The translations under genes and the position numbers were made by a program. Below are positions 29,510 through 39,195 of a stretch of 64,000 nt of DNA, one piece after another. This DNA is from Candidatus Bathyarchaeia archaeon (GTDB taxonomy: Archaea > Thermoproteota > Bathyarchaeia > Bathyarchaeales > Bathycorpusculaceae). Under the pieces are notes generated by a model. The model did not search any database, had not been told where the DNA came from, and worked only from the letters and a program-made list of their open reading frames with translations. Position 1 is the first letter of the stretch. Each line of letters starts with the position of its first letter. The stretch covers positions 1 through 64,000 of the forward strand of contig JBEKWR010000009.1 of the NCBI GenBank assembly GCA_049512935.1, read 5' to 3'.

Positions 29510-29559
29510 CGACCTCTTGAGTGCAAGTCAAGCGTTCATACCAGCTGAACTACCAGCCC
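29486..29559 (-). tRNA. tRNA-Ala(UGC)
   Basis: GGGCTGG-TA-GTTC..GAAC-G-CTTGA-CT TGC AC-TCAAG-AGGTC-GGGGG TTCAAAT CCCCC-CCAGTCC-A; G3:U70 Ala determinant; CCA not encoded. Confidence 0.97.
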
Positions 29560-29701
29560 TTGATACCTTACTATAATCCCCTTTGGTTAACAATCGATGA
29601 TATTTAGCTTTTGTTCGCAGAAAAAAACCGCTACGAAAAATCAACGAAAAAACAAAAAAAACAATTGAGATAAATGGGATTTCTATGGGGTAAGCTTTTG
29701 C

Positions 29702-29848
29702 TTAATATCGTCTGCTTGGTCTTGCTGGTCGTTTCTTAGCCCAGCATTCTCGGCAGTAAACTGGCCTGCTTGGGTCGGGTTTGAATGGAACTTCGCATTC
29801 TTGACCGCATTCAGAGCAAGTTGCTTTGAACATTTCTTTTCCGGACAC
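29702..29848 (-). CDS. CxxC-x17-CxxC domain small zinc-binding protein
   Basis: Manual translation MSGKEMFKATCSECGQECEVPFKPDPSRPVYCRECWAKKRPARPSRRY; GGAG upstream; below the ORF-track cutoff. Confidence 0.9.
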   Translation of the reverse strand: MSGKEMFKATCSECGQECEVPFKPDPSRPVYCRECWAKKRPARPSRRY

Positions 29849-30112
29849 TACTTTCAACTCCTTCTATGATTTATGGTGCAAAAAGCGTTTTTGCACGACG
29901 CATTTATGCACTTCAAAGAGGAATATAAAATTTGTCTATCAGCTCCCGCGGGGGGGTGAAAAGATGTCTCGGTGCTTATCCTCGGTTTTGAAAGACAGTT
30001 GGCGAGCAAAAAAAGGCTTTGCCCAAGCACGAGGAACGGTGCCCTCATTTCGGAGATAATTCCTCAAAAATAGTGCGCCGCGTAAACTCTGCCGTAAATG
30101 TCGAAGCCAACG

Positions 30113-30355
30113 CTACTCTGGGAGGTCTTCGGCTTCTTCTTCGCCGCCTTTGCCAGTGGGCATCTTGCCTGTGAGTTTGTACTTGCGGGCTTGGGTTGAG
30201 ATAATTTCGTGTTCGAACAGTTTCCGCAGCGACCGGAAGATCTTCTTTGGGCTTTCGCCTGTTTTGTCAGTTAATTCTTGCAGGGTTAATTCTTTACCTT
30301 CAGCCTTAAGCGCGGCTACAACTTTCTCGTCGGTTTTGTTGAGTTTAACCATCAC
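30113..30355 (-). CDS. Small winged-helix DNA-binding protein
   Basis: LNKTDEKVV..L....LTLQEL...TGESPKKIFRSLRKL...IIS...KYKL. Confidence 0.8.
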   Translation of the reverse strand: MMVKLNKTDEKVVAALKAEGKELTLQELTDKTGESPKKIFRSLRKLFEHEIISTQARKYKLTGKMPTGKGGEEEAEDLPE

Positions 30356-30551
30356 GTTTGCCTCATGCTTTTCTGCTTGTTATGGCAACATAGGCTTTTC
30401 AATTTTACGGTTAAAAAGGCACATAGAATAGGAAAAACGGGTTGGCTCTCTGCGTTCTTTATGGTTTTGGCGCTGCGATGCATCTGTTTTTCATGAAAAA
30501 TGTGTGTGCTTCAAAACCGCAAAATTACAAAAGAAACAGCAGGGATGCACC

Positions 30552-32396
30552 TCATCTTTTCTGCGATTTCAAGAAACCGCCGTTTCTTTTCTTGAGGGCT
30601 AGCATTGTTGTCATGGCGCCTACGCATACGGCAGCTATCGCCACTATGGAGTAGGACAGCGTTGGAAAAGTGCTCAGGGTGGGCGGAGAGGTCGAAGAAG
30701 GAGTAGGAGGAGTGGAGTGTTGGGGTTGACTTGTCGGATGAGGTGTAGGTGTCGGCGTTGAAGTGGTGGACGCTTTGGGTGTAGGAGTTGGCTGGCTTGG
30801 ATTAGTTGGTGGAGTTATGTCTGATGGTGGCGTGTAGCCTAACGGAGGCAAAACCGCTAATGTAGCAGGCTGCAGGCTTAGCGGTTCTAAGCTTGAAATT
30901 TCCGTCACCGAAACTATGCTGTTCCAATCGTTTGAGAACTGAACTTGGTACACTCCGCTTAACGGAAAGTTCTCAGTGACTTCTTGCCCGCCGAACATGA
31001 AGCCTAAAGTTCCCGCGTTAACTGGGATTCTGATGGTTCGGTTTTGGTAATTGAATTGCCACTGGTTTACTGGAAAGCAGGTTTGATAGTCTTCGTATAG
31101 CTCGTTGCTCATGTTGACGGCTAAACTTCCCGTGTGCGGCACTATTCCGTAGAGAAATAGAATCATAGCTCCGAGAAGTGAAGCGTCATCGGAATAAGTG
31201 TTGGGCGAGCTATCGGATGGGCTGTCGGCTGTAAACTGGAACTGACCGTTGCTGTACACGCTGCTGCCAATTAGCCCCTGCCAAGCCTGAGGAAGCATAG
31301 TTTGCCAATTTGCTTGATTACCAGAAGTGAAGTTTTGATAAAAGGTTTGTAGACAACTCAAGGCAGCAAGAGTTTCTTCCAAGCGAAGTTGAGGGTTACC
31401 ATCTGCGTGCTGAAGGACTCCGACGTTGCCGCCCCACCCGCCAGAAGCCCACCCGTTAACCAAAAGCTTATCCTGCAGGTCACTTATTACTCGATCAAAA
31501 TATGGAAGCGCCCCCAGATAATTCTGGTATTCAGCTATTAACATTGCAAAGTTCCCCATTTCACACTCAACTGTGCCATCTGGCGCCTGATACCCGTAGA
31601 CGCCTAAGCCCCAATGGCTTTGTACGTTATTCCACACGTCATCCATAAAGTTGGTAACCGTCACGTTCACGCTGTCAGCGTAGCCGTAGTCATTCATCAT
31701 GCTATTCTCAAAGGAATCTGTGGCTGCATTCCAAGGTCCGCTGCTTAAGTCAATCGTGTAGTTTAAGCTTAACCCGTTTAGAGCAAACTCCAAGAAAACC
31801 CCAAGAGTTTCCGCGTACTCATCGAAGTACCGTCCGTAATCGATAGGCGGTTGAGTAAGCGCCAGCATTGCACCGTCTGTTCCGTCTTGAGCGCGACTAG
31901 CAAGGTAAGCGTCTGCAAACTGGCAGAAAGCATCCGTTATGTTCCACCCTGGAACACCGAGTTCCTCCGCGTAGCGGTAAGCGTTAATCATGTACCTGTC
32001 ATAAACGGAGTAAACAAGCCACGTTGGAAGCGACGCGGGTAAAGCGTCATCCATCAACTGGTTCTGCAACGCAAGCTTAACGCTACTATTAATTACCTGT
32101 GAATTGTACCCGTTCAACTCTGCCAGCCTTGCAACCCAAATGGCGTCTTGCCAATCGCTCTGGCTTACAGCCCTTTGAATCAGCGTGTCAAATATGCTTT
32201 GGTTGGTGAGACCGAATATTTGACTGTAAATGCTGCCCCATTCAGGAGACACGTTGTTGAGGTTGATGCCGCTTAAGACATTGTTGATTGTGTCCGCTAA
32301 AGTCGTCTGCGTTTGTGCATGCGAAGGAAAACACAGGTAAAACGTTGAGCTGAGCAAGACGACAAGTAACAGCACAAAAACTTTCTTTGGCTTCAT
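30552..32396 (-). CDS. Secreted/surface-anchored protein, paralog of 1761-3911
   Basis: Signal peptide, shared YDRY / RYFDE / ECE / GWxSxGW / GSLAV / FSxDWN motifs, Pro/Thr linker, C-terminal TM. Confidence 0.82.
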   Translation of the reverse strand: MKPKKVFVLLLVVLLSSTFYLCFPSHAQTQTTLADTINNVLSGINLNNVSPEWGSIYSQIFGLTNQSIFDTLIQRAVSQSDWQDAIWVARLAELNGYNSQVINSSVKLALQNQLMDDALPASLPTWLVYSVYDRYMINAYRYAEELGVPGWNITDAFCQFADAYLASRAQDGTDGAMLALTQPPIDYGRYFDEYAETLGVFLEFALNGLSLNYTIDLSSGPWNAATDSFENSMMNDYGYADSVNVTVTNFMDDVWNNVQSHWGLGVYGYQAPDGTVECEMGNFAMLIAEYQNYLGALPYFDRVISDLQDKLLVNGWASGGWGGNVGVLQHADGNPQLRLEETLAALSCLQTFYQNFTSGNQANWQTMLPQAWQGLIGSSVYSNGQFQFTADSPSDSSPNTYSDDASLLGAMILFLYGIVPHTGSLAVNMSNELYEDYQTCFPVNQWQFNYQNRTIRIPVNAGTLGFMFGGQEVTENFPLSGVYQVQFSNDWNSIVSVTEISSLEPLSLQPATLAVLPPLGYTPPSDITPPTNPSQPTPTPKASTTSTPTPTPHPTSQPQHSTPPTPSSTSPPTLSTFPTLSYSIVAIAAVCVGAMTTMLALKKRNGGFLKSQKR

Positions 32397-32652
32397 TTCA
32401 CCTTCGAACTTTCCTTAGGCAATAATCAACGGCGTACCCATAAAAAATTTGCCCAAAAAAAACCAAAGGCAAATTCCAAACGGCTAAACGCACTGCTTTT
32501 TGTGGATCTCTTAGCCATCAAATTTTAACGAATCTTCTTGTTACCGCCAGCACGAAAACGTGGCGGCATACAGCGCTGCGATTATTTTTTAAACCTGCAA
32601 AGCCCTTCGGTTAATCAATGCTGTTTCCAAAGATGCGTTAGGAGAGAAACTC

Positions 32653-33693
32653 ATGCTGCCGAGTGGAAAACTCAGTTTTGTGGTTGTAGGAGCGGGAGCT
32701 ATCGGTTTGAGTGTGACGGGTTGGGTCGCGCCTAAGCATGACGGCTTATTCTTGCTTGCACGTGGAGAAAGCGCGAAAGTGATTAGGAATAAAGGATTAA
32801 AGTTCTACGTTAAAGGCCAAGAAGCCAGCGCTGCACCCGTAGCCGTGAAAACCATTGAATCGTTGAGTGAGGTTTCGGCTCCAGCCATAGTTGTCATCGC
32901 CGTGAAAAACTACGACCTTGAGGCGACGGCAGCCATGCTTCGGGAGCAACTTGGGTCTCACCAACCCATCATCGTTGCCTTACAGAATGGTGTTGAAAAC
33001 CAGAAGATCCTTCCCAAGTATTTTGAAAAGATCGTCTACGGGGTGGTATGTTTCAACGCGTGGCGAGATGCGCCCGGCATGGTGGGACACCAAAAACAGG
33101 GATACATCATTCTTGGCACGCCAAAGAACGACCTTCAAACAGAACAGCGACAGGTCGCAGATATCCTGCGATTAGGGTTAGAATGCAGCCCTACCGACCG
33201 CCTCGAAGATGCAGTTCATTGCAAATTGGCTGTCAATCTGACAAACGCGTTGACCGCTCTTGTATGCTCCAAATGCAGACCCACGGGATCCCTCGGCGCC
33301 CTTGACCACATGACTGCAAGGCTAATCTGGGAAGGAATCCAAGTCGTCAAGGCAAACGGGTTCAAGGAGCACGAGCTCGGCACCATCCCATCGTGGAAAA
33401 CGTTTCGAACAAGCGCTGCGCTTCCAGCATTCGTCACAGGGATCCTTTACAGGTTCGTTGTGCGGGAAGAACTCGGTCTGAATAGCACCGCTCAGGACCT
33501 GGCATCGGGCAAAACCACCACTGAACTAGAATCTTTAAACGGATACATGCTTTCACTCGCCCAAAAAGCAGGGATTCCAATGCCAATTAACCGCGCTGTC
33601 TATGAATTAGCCAAAGAACGTTTTGGCCCTGACTTTCAACCGATGCCGGAAGCTGAGTTGCTGGAGTCTATCAGGAAACGCATTAAGAAGTAG
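32653..33693 (+). CDS. panE: Ketopantoate reductase family protein
   Basis: GAGAIG, IAVKNYD, ALQNGV, KLAVN, STAQDL..GK.TE.ESLNGY. Confidence 0.82.
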   Translation: MLPSGKLSFVVVGAGAIGLSVTGWVAPKHDGLFLLARGESAKVIRNKGLKFYVKGQEASAAPVAVKTIESLSEVSAPAIVVIAVKNYDLEATAAMLREQLGSHQPIIVALQNGVENQKILPKYFEKIVYGVVCFNAWRDAPGMVGHQKQGYIILGTPKNDLQTEQRQVADILRLGLECSPTDRLEDAVHCKLAVNLTNALTALVCSKCRPTGSLGALDHMTARLIWEGIQVVKANGFKEHELGTIPSWKTFRTSAALPAFVTGILYRFVVREELGLNSTAQDLASGKTTTELESLNGYMLSLAQKAGIPMPINRAVYELAKERFGPDFQPMPEAELLESIRKRIKK

Positions 33694-33794
33694 ACTGACT
33701 TGGCGCGCAAGCCCGCGGCAAAAGAAGTTCTAAACCTTGTGGAAGAACACGGGTAAATATGGGAGAATACAGCGCTGTTTTAGTTTTTGGCTGT

Positions 33795-34298
33795 TTAGCT
33801 TATTTTCTCTGTTGGCTCTTGGAACAGCTTCTTGATCGCGCTGATTCTTGCTTTCTGAGCCAAAACGTCGCTGGTAACCAAGGTTAATGCTTCTTCAGGG
33901 CACCATTTAACGCATTGGGGCCCGTCGGCTTTGTCTCTGCAGAGGTCGCAGACGTAGACCACTTTGGTTTCTGGATGCAACATTATGGCGCCGTAGTCGC
34001 ATGCTTCGATGCACCAGCCGCAGCCGTTGCATTTGTCTTTGTCCAAAACTATATTGCCGGTGTCCGCTGACTGTGAGAGTGCATCACGCGGGCAAGCTGC
34101 TACGCAGGCTGGATCTTCGCAGAGTCTGCACGTGACTGACATGTTAGCCACTTGGTTAACGCGGACAACACGTATGCGCGATTTGAGTGGGTTGAAGGCT
34201 TTTTCCTTAGTGAATGAGCAGGCATACTCGCAGATTTGGCAGCCTACGCATTTTTCCGGGTCAACTGAAACGAATTTTCTCTCGTGGATTTTAACCAT
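33795..34298 (-). CDS. 4Fe-4S dicluster protein (AOR-associated)
   Basis: Four Cys-cluster motifs; directly downstream of aor. Confidence 0.9.
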   Translation of the reverse strand: MVKIHERKFVSVDPEKCVGCQICEYACSFTKEKAFNPLKSRIRVVRVNQVANMSVTCRLCEDPACVAACPRDALSQSADTGNIVLDKDKCNGCGWCIEACDYGAIMLHPETKVVYVCDLCRDKADGPQCVKWCPEEALTLVTSDVLAQKARISAIKKLFQEPTEKIS

Positions 34299-34300
34299 TT

Positions 34301-36157
34301 CTAATCCCCTTTTCCTTCAATTATACTTGATAAATCTTCCAGCCCGAGCTTGTCGAGCAGAGCCTTCGTGGGCACTCCGCCTTGCGTGTAGCCGCGTGCC
34401 AAGTAATAATCATCCAGCATCAGGTCAAGCTCAGCTTGAGTTACCACCGCGCCTTTTGACGGCCCGTCGTCGGGGACTGGTTGGTTCATGACTTTCCAGG
34501 GTAACGTGTCGTCTTTGCGGCTTAATCCTTCGCGGATGTTGATTAGCCGCGCAAGAGTGTTTATCCGTTCGCCCGCAAGACCTAATTCTTCAGGCGTCAT
34601 CTCGTAACCAGTAACTAAAGTGTAGAGTTTCGCCATGTCAGGCAACTCCTTGTAAAGGGTGCCTCTGGAGTTCTTGCAGATGATCAGCGAATCGATTAAC
34701 GCGTAAACATCTTCGGAGTCCTTGACCAGTTTGCCTCTGCCCTTTTCAGCTTTGAAGCGGTCAACTTTACCCGATATGTCAAACGCGTATGCGCCGCTTC
34801 GGTTATGGTCAGCCCCGCGGAAGGAAACGGCGAACCCTAAGGCTGCTGTTTTGAGGCATCGTAAATCGTAGCCTGTGACTTCTAGACCCTTGATGTTTTG
34901 CGCAAGTTTTTCTGAGTCTTTGTCGATTTTCTGTGATGCTGCTTTAACGCCGTCTGCAAGGATGTTGCCAATCCCCTCTCGGTTGCCGATTTTCTCTATA
35001 AGCTGAATGACCGCTTCTGAGTTGCCGAAGTGAGCGTCTATTCCGCCGAGTTCCTCATGTGACAAGATGCCCTTTTCGTGGCAGTCCATCACGAAGCTGA
35101 CGGTCACGCCCGCGCTTTGCGCGTCTAACCCGTAGTAGTTGCAGAGTTCAGCAGCTTTGATTATCGCGTCAAGCCTGTCAACGCCGCAGTTCGGACCAAG
35201 CGCCCAGATATTGTCGTACTCCATCCGAGCCATTATTCCCTTGTAGGGTCCGTCACGGACCACCGCTTCGTGTTCGCATCGCATGGCGCACGAGTTGCAC
35301 GCGATTATTTTCGCGACGTACCGTTCGTTGAGGACTTCGCCGCTTACTTTTCCCGCGTGCTCAAAATAAGAGTTAGTGTAGTTGCGTGTAGGCATGCAGT
35401 ACAGTGCGTTTTGAATCATGACGTTTTCCGCTGACCCTAAAGTTCGATACTTCTGCGCTGCGGGTCCCTTCATTCTCTCATGAAACTCTTTCACTAATTC
35501 GATGAATTCTTCCGGCTTCGCAACGACAATATCGTTGGTTCCTCGGACGGCGATGGCTTTGAGGTTCTTTGACCCCATGACTGCGCCGAGCCCTGTTCTT
35601 CCAGCTGCCCGAGTTTTCTCGTTGATTATGTTAGCGATTTTGGATTGCTTTTCGCCTGCTAACCCGATAGACGCCACACGCACGTAGTAGTCGCCGATCT
35701 CTTCTTTAATCGCGTCTTCGGTTTCGGAGGGAGATTTGCCCCAAATTTTTTCCGCGTCAAGCAACTGGACTGAATCATCGTCAATCCATAAGTAAACAGG
35801 TCTTTCTGCTTTTCCAGCTAGAATTATGGCGTCGTAGCCAGCTCTTTTCATTTCTGCTCCAAACGTTCCGTGGCTCACTGCTTCGCCGACGCCGCCCGTT
35901 GCAGGTGATTTTGATATGAAGGCGTGTCCGTTTCCGCCTGTTGGAAACATTGTTCCCGAGACTGGGCCGACTGCTAGAACTAATGGGTTTTCAGGGCTTA
36001 ACGGGTCAACGCCCGGTTTCGAGTTGGCGAGCCAAAGTTTCATGCCTAAACCTATGCCGCCCACGTATTTTTTAGCTGTTTCCTCGTCTAGTTTCTCCAC
36101 AGTTGTCTTGCCTGTAGATAAGTTAACGCGCAGAATTTTCCCTGCATAACCGAGCAA
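34301..36157 (-). CDS. aor: Tungsten aldehyde:ferredoxin oxidoreductase family protein
   Basis: GYAGKILRVNL, KSPATG, AGRTGLGAVMGSKNLKAIAV, CNSCAMRC, RGADH, GERI, YY.ARG. Confidence 0.93.
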   Translation of the reverse strand: MLGYAGKILRVNLSTGKTTVEKLDEETAKKYVGGIGLGMKLWLANSKPGVDPLSPENPLVLAVGPVSGTMFPTGGNGHAFISKSPATGGVGEAVSHGTFGAEMKRAGYDAIILAGKAERPVYLWIDDDSVQLLDAEKIWGKSPSETEDAIKEEIGDYYVRVASIGLAGEKQSKIANIINEKTRAAGRTGLGAVMGSKNLKAIAVRGTNDIVVAKPEEFIELVKEFHERMKGPAAQKYRTLGSAENVMIQNALYCMPTRNYTNSYFEHAGKVSGEVLNERYVAKIIACNSCAMRCEHEAVVRDGPYKGIMARMEYDNIWALGPNCGVDRLDAIIKAAELCNYYGLDAQSAGVTVSFVMDCHEKGILSHEELGGIDAHFGNSEAVIQLIEKIGNREGIGNILADGVKAASQKIDKDSEKLAQNIKGLEVTGYDLRCLKTAALGFAVSFRGADHNRSGAYAFDISGKVDRFKAEKGRGKLVKDSEDVYALIDSLIICKNSRGTLYKELPDMAKLYTLVTGYEMTPEELGLAGERINTLARLINIREGLSRKDDTLPWKVMNQPVPDDGPSKGAVVTQAELDLMLDDYYLARGYTQGGVPTKALLDKLGLEDLSSIIEGKGD

Positions 36158-36414
36158 ACCCTGTTCCTCCAGTTAATTTTGGAATTATTAGTTGGTCAAA
36201 CAGTATATTAAGTTAATGGGTTTCACTTTTGAAATTCATGGCTGAAATGGGATCAAATGCGAAAAACCAGAACAGCCAAGTCGATTTTATTCTTCCAGTT
36301 TCTTTGCGATGAATCATCTTTCATATCGCTTTCTTGCACTGATTAAGTGGAGCGGAGGCAGAAAATTAATATCCCACGCATGTGCACTGATTTAGGAAAC
36401 GTTGGTGTAAACTA

Positions 36415-36630
36415 ATGAGTTTTGGCACATCAAAAGTGTTCAGCGGAGTTCAAGAAGCCTTCATCCTGGCGTTGATGCTTGTGTCTGTTTTTGCGATTTT
36501 GTACCTTGACATGAGCGTCATGTACAAGGTGGGCATCGCGGCTATGGTGTTTTCAGTCATATTTTTGATGACTTTGGCAACCCAGATTCTGCGGGAACAA
36601 AAAGAGACACGCAAACAGCAACAAGCCTAA
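36415..36630 (+). CDS. Small two-TM membrane protein
   Basis: Two hydrophobic helices; GGTG upstream; T-tract downstream. Confidence 0.7.
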   Translation: MSFGTSKVFSGVQEAFILALMLVSVFAILYLDMSVMYKVGIAAMVFSVIFLMTLATQILREQKETRKQQQA

Positions 36631-36749
36631 GCTTTTTGCGTTTTTCACTTTCAGTCTACCCTCCCCTGCGCCTAGAGGTCGTTACAGCGATGCTTTAAAA
36701 AGGGTTAAACGCCGAAGTTGCCCTCGTTGAAAAGGAGCGCAAAAGTGGA

Positions 36750-37469
36750 ATGACTCAAAATTTAATGGCGAAGCCTGCGATGGCGCAGCCGCTGTTTTCT
36801 TTGAACATGCCTGGTGTAGATGAGCTTTTTCCAGGATTTGCTCCAGGAGACTTCGCGGTTCTTTACGGGTCACCATCAGTTATTTCGCTGACTTCTCTGC
36901 TTTGCATCCGAGCGCAGTTGCCAGCGCAGCTTGGCGGCTTAGGAAGCAACGTTGTCTTTATCGACGGCGGAAACACGTTTAGACTGTACAAGATTGCCCG
37001 TTTAGCCCAGCTTCACCAGCTTAACCCGCGGGAAGTGCTTGAACGCATCTTTATTTCAAGAGCATTCACCGCCTACCAGTTGACCTCTCTTATACTTGAC
37101 AAACTTGAAGAAACCGTAAAACAATACGATGCTAAACTCGTAGTGATTTCCGACATCGCTGGGTTCTTCTTAGACAACGACGTCGCACATGAAGAAGCAC
37201 AGAAGATTTACAGCCAAATCGTCAGTTACCTCTCCAGTTTTGCACGAAAACACCAAATAGTCGTCGTCGCAACTTACCTCCCCTACTCTGACAGCCGAAG
37301 AAACATTTTACTTCAGGAAATAACCTGCGCCAAAGCCAACACCGTCTTATCCTTCAGCAAAACCATGTACACGCGGGAGATAAACTTGGAGAAGCACCCA
37401 TCCTTCATGCTGGGCACGGCTGAACTTCCATCTGAAAACCTGACATTAACCGACTTTATGGGTGCCTGA
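36750..37469 (+). CDS. RadA/Rad51-like paralog with degenerate Walker A (aRadC-like)
   Basis: GVDELFPG...VLYG, VVFIDGGNTF, IFISRAFTAYQL, LVVISD; no GKT. Confidence 0.85.
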   Translation: MTQNLMAKPAMAQPLFSLNMPGVDELFPGFAPGDFAVLYGSPSVISLTSLLCIRAQLPAQLGGLGSNVVFIDGGNTFRLYKIARLAQLHQLNPREVLERIFISRAFTAYQLTSLILDKLEETVKQYDAKLVVISDIAGFFLDNDVAHEEAQKIYSQIVSYLSSFARKHQIVVVATYLPYSDSRRNILLQEITCAKANTVLSFSKTMYTREINLEKHPSFMLGTAELPSENLTLTDFMGA

Positions 37470-37500
37470 CAAAAAGAGACGCTTCCGCGCTTAAGGGCAA

Positions 37501-37647
37501 TCAGTTGTTGAGGCTGTCGAACATGTCTTGAGTAGCTGACTCCGGAAGCTTAAGCTGTAACTTTTCAACTTGAGAGAACAAGAAACTGTAGAATTCATTC
37601 GCCATATCCATTCGGCTTCTTGCGTCTTTCGGCTTCATCAGTTCCAC
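37501..37647 (-). CDS. Possible small protein (about 48 aa)
   Basis: GTG start after AAAGGAC; MELMKPKDARSRMDMANEFYSFLFSQVEKLQLKLPESATQDMFDSLNN; no homology recognised. Confidence 0.35.
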   Translation of the reverse strand: MELMKPKDARSRMDMANEFYSFLFSQVEKLQLKLPESATQDMFDSLNN

Positions 37648-37781
37648 GTCCTTTTCTCTTCTCTATTGTTGAGTTTAAGAATTTTATCCTCAAGATTTGC
37701 CTGTTTGCTACATCGATGCCTCTTGCTGCGTTCAACGCTTTGTGCTTAAGTTTGTCAGCGTTCAAATAGTGCTTCTGCATA

Positions 37782-38345
37782 ATGGGAGGGAGAGGCACAA
37801 AAATGGCTTCATGGGGAGAACACATCGCCTGGAGATTTTTCGGAATAATGAGAAAGCTGCAGCTTACAAGGATGCTTCGTTTCGGAACCTCAACCCAGAT
37901 GTTCCTGGATTACTTTAGGGGATTCGAAAATTCCCAGGCTGTACGCGGCATTTTCGGTGACAAGACCGATGAGGTGCTCAGAAACTTGAAGGTGGAGTTC
38001 ATGTGGTTCGGGTACATGGGTGTGAACGACGAGGACGGGCACTTGATGGTTAACAAGCGATATTTGAGCGACGGCGACAAAGTAGACATCTACCTTGATG
38101 TCGTTCATGAACTGTGCCACGTTAAGCAGCATCTGGAAGGCAGAGAACTGTTCAGCCCAGAATACGATTACGTGGACAGACCGACCGAGGTGGAGGCCTA
38201 CCGTTATGCGGTGATTGAGGCTCAGCGGTTAGGATTAAGCGATGAACGAATCCTCAATTACCTGCGGACTGAATGGATGAGCGACGAGGATTTGAAGAGG
38301 CTTGTCAAGAACATAGGAATCGATCTTCACGTCGCTGAGAACTAG
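37782..38345 (+). CDS. HExxH zincin-like metalloprotein (start uncertain, probably later)
   Basis: VVHELCHVKQ followed by PTEVEAY. Confidence 0.75.
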   Translation: MGGRGTKMASWGEHIAWRFFGIMRKLQLTRMLRFGTSTQMFLDYFRGFENSQAVRGIFGDKTDEVLRNLKVEFMWFGYMGVNDEDGHLMVNKRYLSDGDKVDIYLDVVHELCHVKQHLEGRELFSPEYDYVDRPTEVEAYRYAVIEAQRLGLSDERILNYLRTEWMSDEDLKRLVKNIGIDLHVAEN

Positions 38346-38390
38346 GAAAGAGGGATGGCTTACCAAGAAAAAACTGTTGAAAAAAGGGTT

Positions 38391-39191
38391 TTAGTGGGAG
38401 AACAGTTTCTCGTAGGGTCTTTTCGAAACTGGCAGTATCTTCTTGAATTTCTGCGCCATGATTTCTTTGGGGTCAGCGCCGAAGTGGCTGCAATATTCGT
38501 TAACTAAGCCTTCAATTGTTTTTAGGTCGCGTTTGCCGACTTCCATTGTTTTTGTGCCGTTGACGGGTTCTAAGATTTCTCCGCGTTCGTAGATGACTCC
38601 GCCGTGCATTCCTGTTCCGACGAATTTGGCTTTGCATTTTTCGCCTTCTTTGAGGTTCAAGCCTAAAATGACCATTACTCCGCCCGCCATGTACTCCGCT
38701 AAGAAGTCGCCTGCCGTTTGCCCGATGACTATCTGGGGGATTTTGCGCTGGTACTCTTTCATGTGTATGCCGACCCTGTAGCCGACGTAGTCGCGGACGA
38801 AGATTTTTCCGCCCCTCATCGAGTTTCCCGTGACGTCACCGGCGTGCCCGTGAATGATGATTTGTCCCTCGTTCATCGTGTTGCCGCAGCCGTCCTGCGC
38901 GTTGCCATGAATCACAAGTTTGGGTCCGTTCATGAAGGCGCCAAGGTCGTTTCCAGGCGTTCCGTAAACGTCAATTTGTATGTTCGTCTCCAAGTCCGTG
39001 CCGATGTACCGTTGCCCGCAGACGTTGTGTATCTCTATTCTTTCAACGCCTGTGCAGATTGCCTGCCTCAGCAGAGCGTTTAGGTCTCTGTAGTAGAGCC
39101 CTTCCGCGTTGATTTTCAGCACGTTACCCTCTTCTTTTACGTATCGAAGGTACTTTTCCTCGATTTCCATTTTGCTTTTTTGTTCAAGCAT
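38391..39191 (-). CDS. Archaeal glutamate synthase GXGXG-domain subunit (GltB domain 3)
   Basis: GQRYIG, GTPGNDLGAFM, GNTM, GIHMKEY, AEYMAGG, GTGMHGG. Confidence 0.9.
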   Translation of the reverse strand: MLEQKSKMEIEEKYLRYVKEEGNVLKINAEGLYYRDLNALLRQAICTGVERIEIHNVCGQRYIGTDLETNIQIDVYGTPGNDLGAFMNGPKLVIHGNAQDGCGNTMNEGQIIIHGHAGDVTGNSMRGGKIFVRDYVGYRVGIHMKEYQRKIPQIVIGQTAGDFLAEYMAGGVMVILGLNLKEGEKCKAKFVGTGMHGGVIYERGEILEPVNGTKTMEVGKRDLKTIEGLVNEYCSHFGADPKEIMAQKFKKILPVSKRPYEKLFSH

Positions 39192-39195
39192 GCTT

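Larger units (their letters stand above)
20814..29510. mobile_element. Composite tRNA-Ala-integrated island (two decayed split-integrase elements in tandem)
   Basis: intC remnant 20814-20993; intN 22667-22900; tRNA 3'-end copy 22878-22900; second intN remnant 29444-29485; visibly AT-richer than the flanks; left boundary uncertain. Confidence 0.78.

Noticed and set aside
30030-30059. GTVPSFR resembling the arCOG07300 N-terminus
   Set aside because: Seven-residue match immediately followed by a stop; likely coincidence.
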